DNA of 64,000 nucleotides, taken from positions 11,517,263 to 11,581,262 of the forward strand of contig NC_134028.1 of the NCBI RefSeq assembly GCF_964204645.1, given 5' to 3'. The translations under genes were made by a program, and so were the position numbers. The stretch comes from Tubulanus polymorphus. Lineage: Eukaryota; Animalia; Nemertea. Shown one piece after another: positions 62,894 to 64,000 of this stretch. Below the pieces are notes generated by a model, which had not been told where the DNA came from, did not search any database, and saw only the letters and a list, made by a program, of their open reading frames with translations. The first letter of the stretch is position 1, and each line of letters begins with the position of its first letter.

Positions 62894-63612
62894 TAAATGC
62901 AACCCTAATAAAATCCTGTTGCTATAGGTGTATCAATGGCAGAAGGATTTTGAAAATATCTCATGAAAATTCAAAATTTGCAAAACATGATTTTGGCAAA
63001 CCTAGGTTACTGCCAGTCAGCCATCATGATTCAGATCTGACAGATGCCAATACTGCATAGTGTCTAGGGTAGATACATGTTTAACCAAAGCATCAAAATA
63101 AAACATCAAAACATCATATCTCAGTTCATATCTAACCAGGAAAAGTTAGCCCTGTTGTATTAGTTCCAAAAGAAAAATAGAATTGAAATGATGCGAAAAA
63201 TCATTTAATATTATATTGATTAAAATATAAGTGAATTGTAATTGCGCCAATGATTTTTATAAATCTAAGGATCATTTTAAAGAATTGTTTCAATTCAAGG
63301 TTCCATCATGATACCAGGTGAGTATAGCTATAATAATCTCGACCATTAATTCATGTTTGTGTAACATTAGTGTGTACATCAGGCCATCCCAAATTAATAG
63401 TCTGTTTGCAGTAACACCAACTCAAGGTACCGGCAGGTAGAAATGTTTTTTGGCAAATAATGGGGCAAATGAATTTTTATCATCTTAACCTGAAAAACAA
63501 TGTCACAAATCAGCGCTATGCATTGAAAATTTATCCAATAGACTAGATTTCAAGATTTGTAGAGTAGCTGTGTTAACCGAGTTTAGAATAAATAACGAGA
63601 CGAGTAGTACTA

Positions 63613-64000
63613 CAGGGTGTCCCATAAGTCATGCAACATTTATAAAACTCAATTTCTCCGAGCCTGATAGGGAAAGCTGTACCAAATTCCTACCACAGGT
63701 TAAACATAACATGTAGTTTTCAAATTTATATGACATTATATTTGATTACTTAATTCAAACTTTTTACAGAATGTTTTCGATGTGATTGCTCTGTATCAAT
63801 TTTAGTCTATCAATGAAGTTGCCAATAACTAACTTGAGAGTTTCAAACTGAATGTCCCTTATCTCATTTTCCGTATTTCTCTTCAATTGGTCAATAGTTT
63901 TTGGTGCGTTGCAGTGCACCCAGTCTTTTAGGTGCCTCCAGAGAAAATAATCAAGTGGGCTCAGATCTAGAGTGTAGGTTGGCCAGTTCACAGGAGATCT
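63613..64000 (-). mobile_element. Tc1/mariner element (DD37D/maT-like) 3' end, cut by window edge
   Basis: TA|CAGGGTGTCCC TIR; minus-strand ORF 63764-63991 WPTYTLDLSPLDYFLWRHLKDWV...HIENIL matches the WPxxSPDLxPLDYFLW transposase motif. Confidence 0.85.

Overview
AT-rich eukaryotic (animal, probably marine invertebrate) genomic DNA, dominated by transposable elements; no rRNA, true tRNA, CRISPR or prokaryotic operons. Most listed ORFs are repeat artefacts. Recognisable coding relics are: a rearranged Penelope-like retroelement (GIY-YIG endonuclease end on the minus strand, joined head-to-head to an OTU-protease-containing N-terminal segment on the plus strand, both ends in (TA)n); an intron-containing, frameshifted hAT transposase; a Sola2-like transposase relic; a DD37D-type Tc1/mariner end; and LINE RT and L2 fragments. 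Many MITEs have readable TIRs and TSDs (Kolobok, pogo/Tigger, MULE, EnSpm, hAT with 5-bp and 6-bp TSDs). There are Helentron-type non-autonomous elements with internal ~155-bp repeats, a ~5-kb 31-bp satellite inside a four-level nested insertion, two hammerhead-like motifs in fold-backs, and three phase-compatible candidate exons of an unidentified minus-strand host gene. The most notable observation is the OTU-bearing Penelope-like element at 19.2-21.3 kb. All coordinates were read by eye; family assignments are from motif recognition, not database searches.
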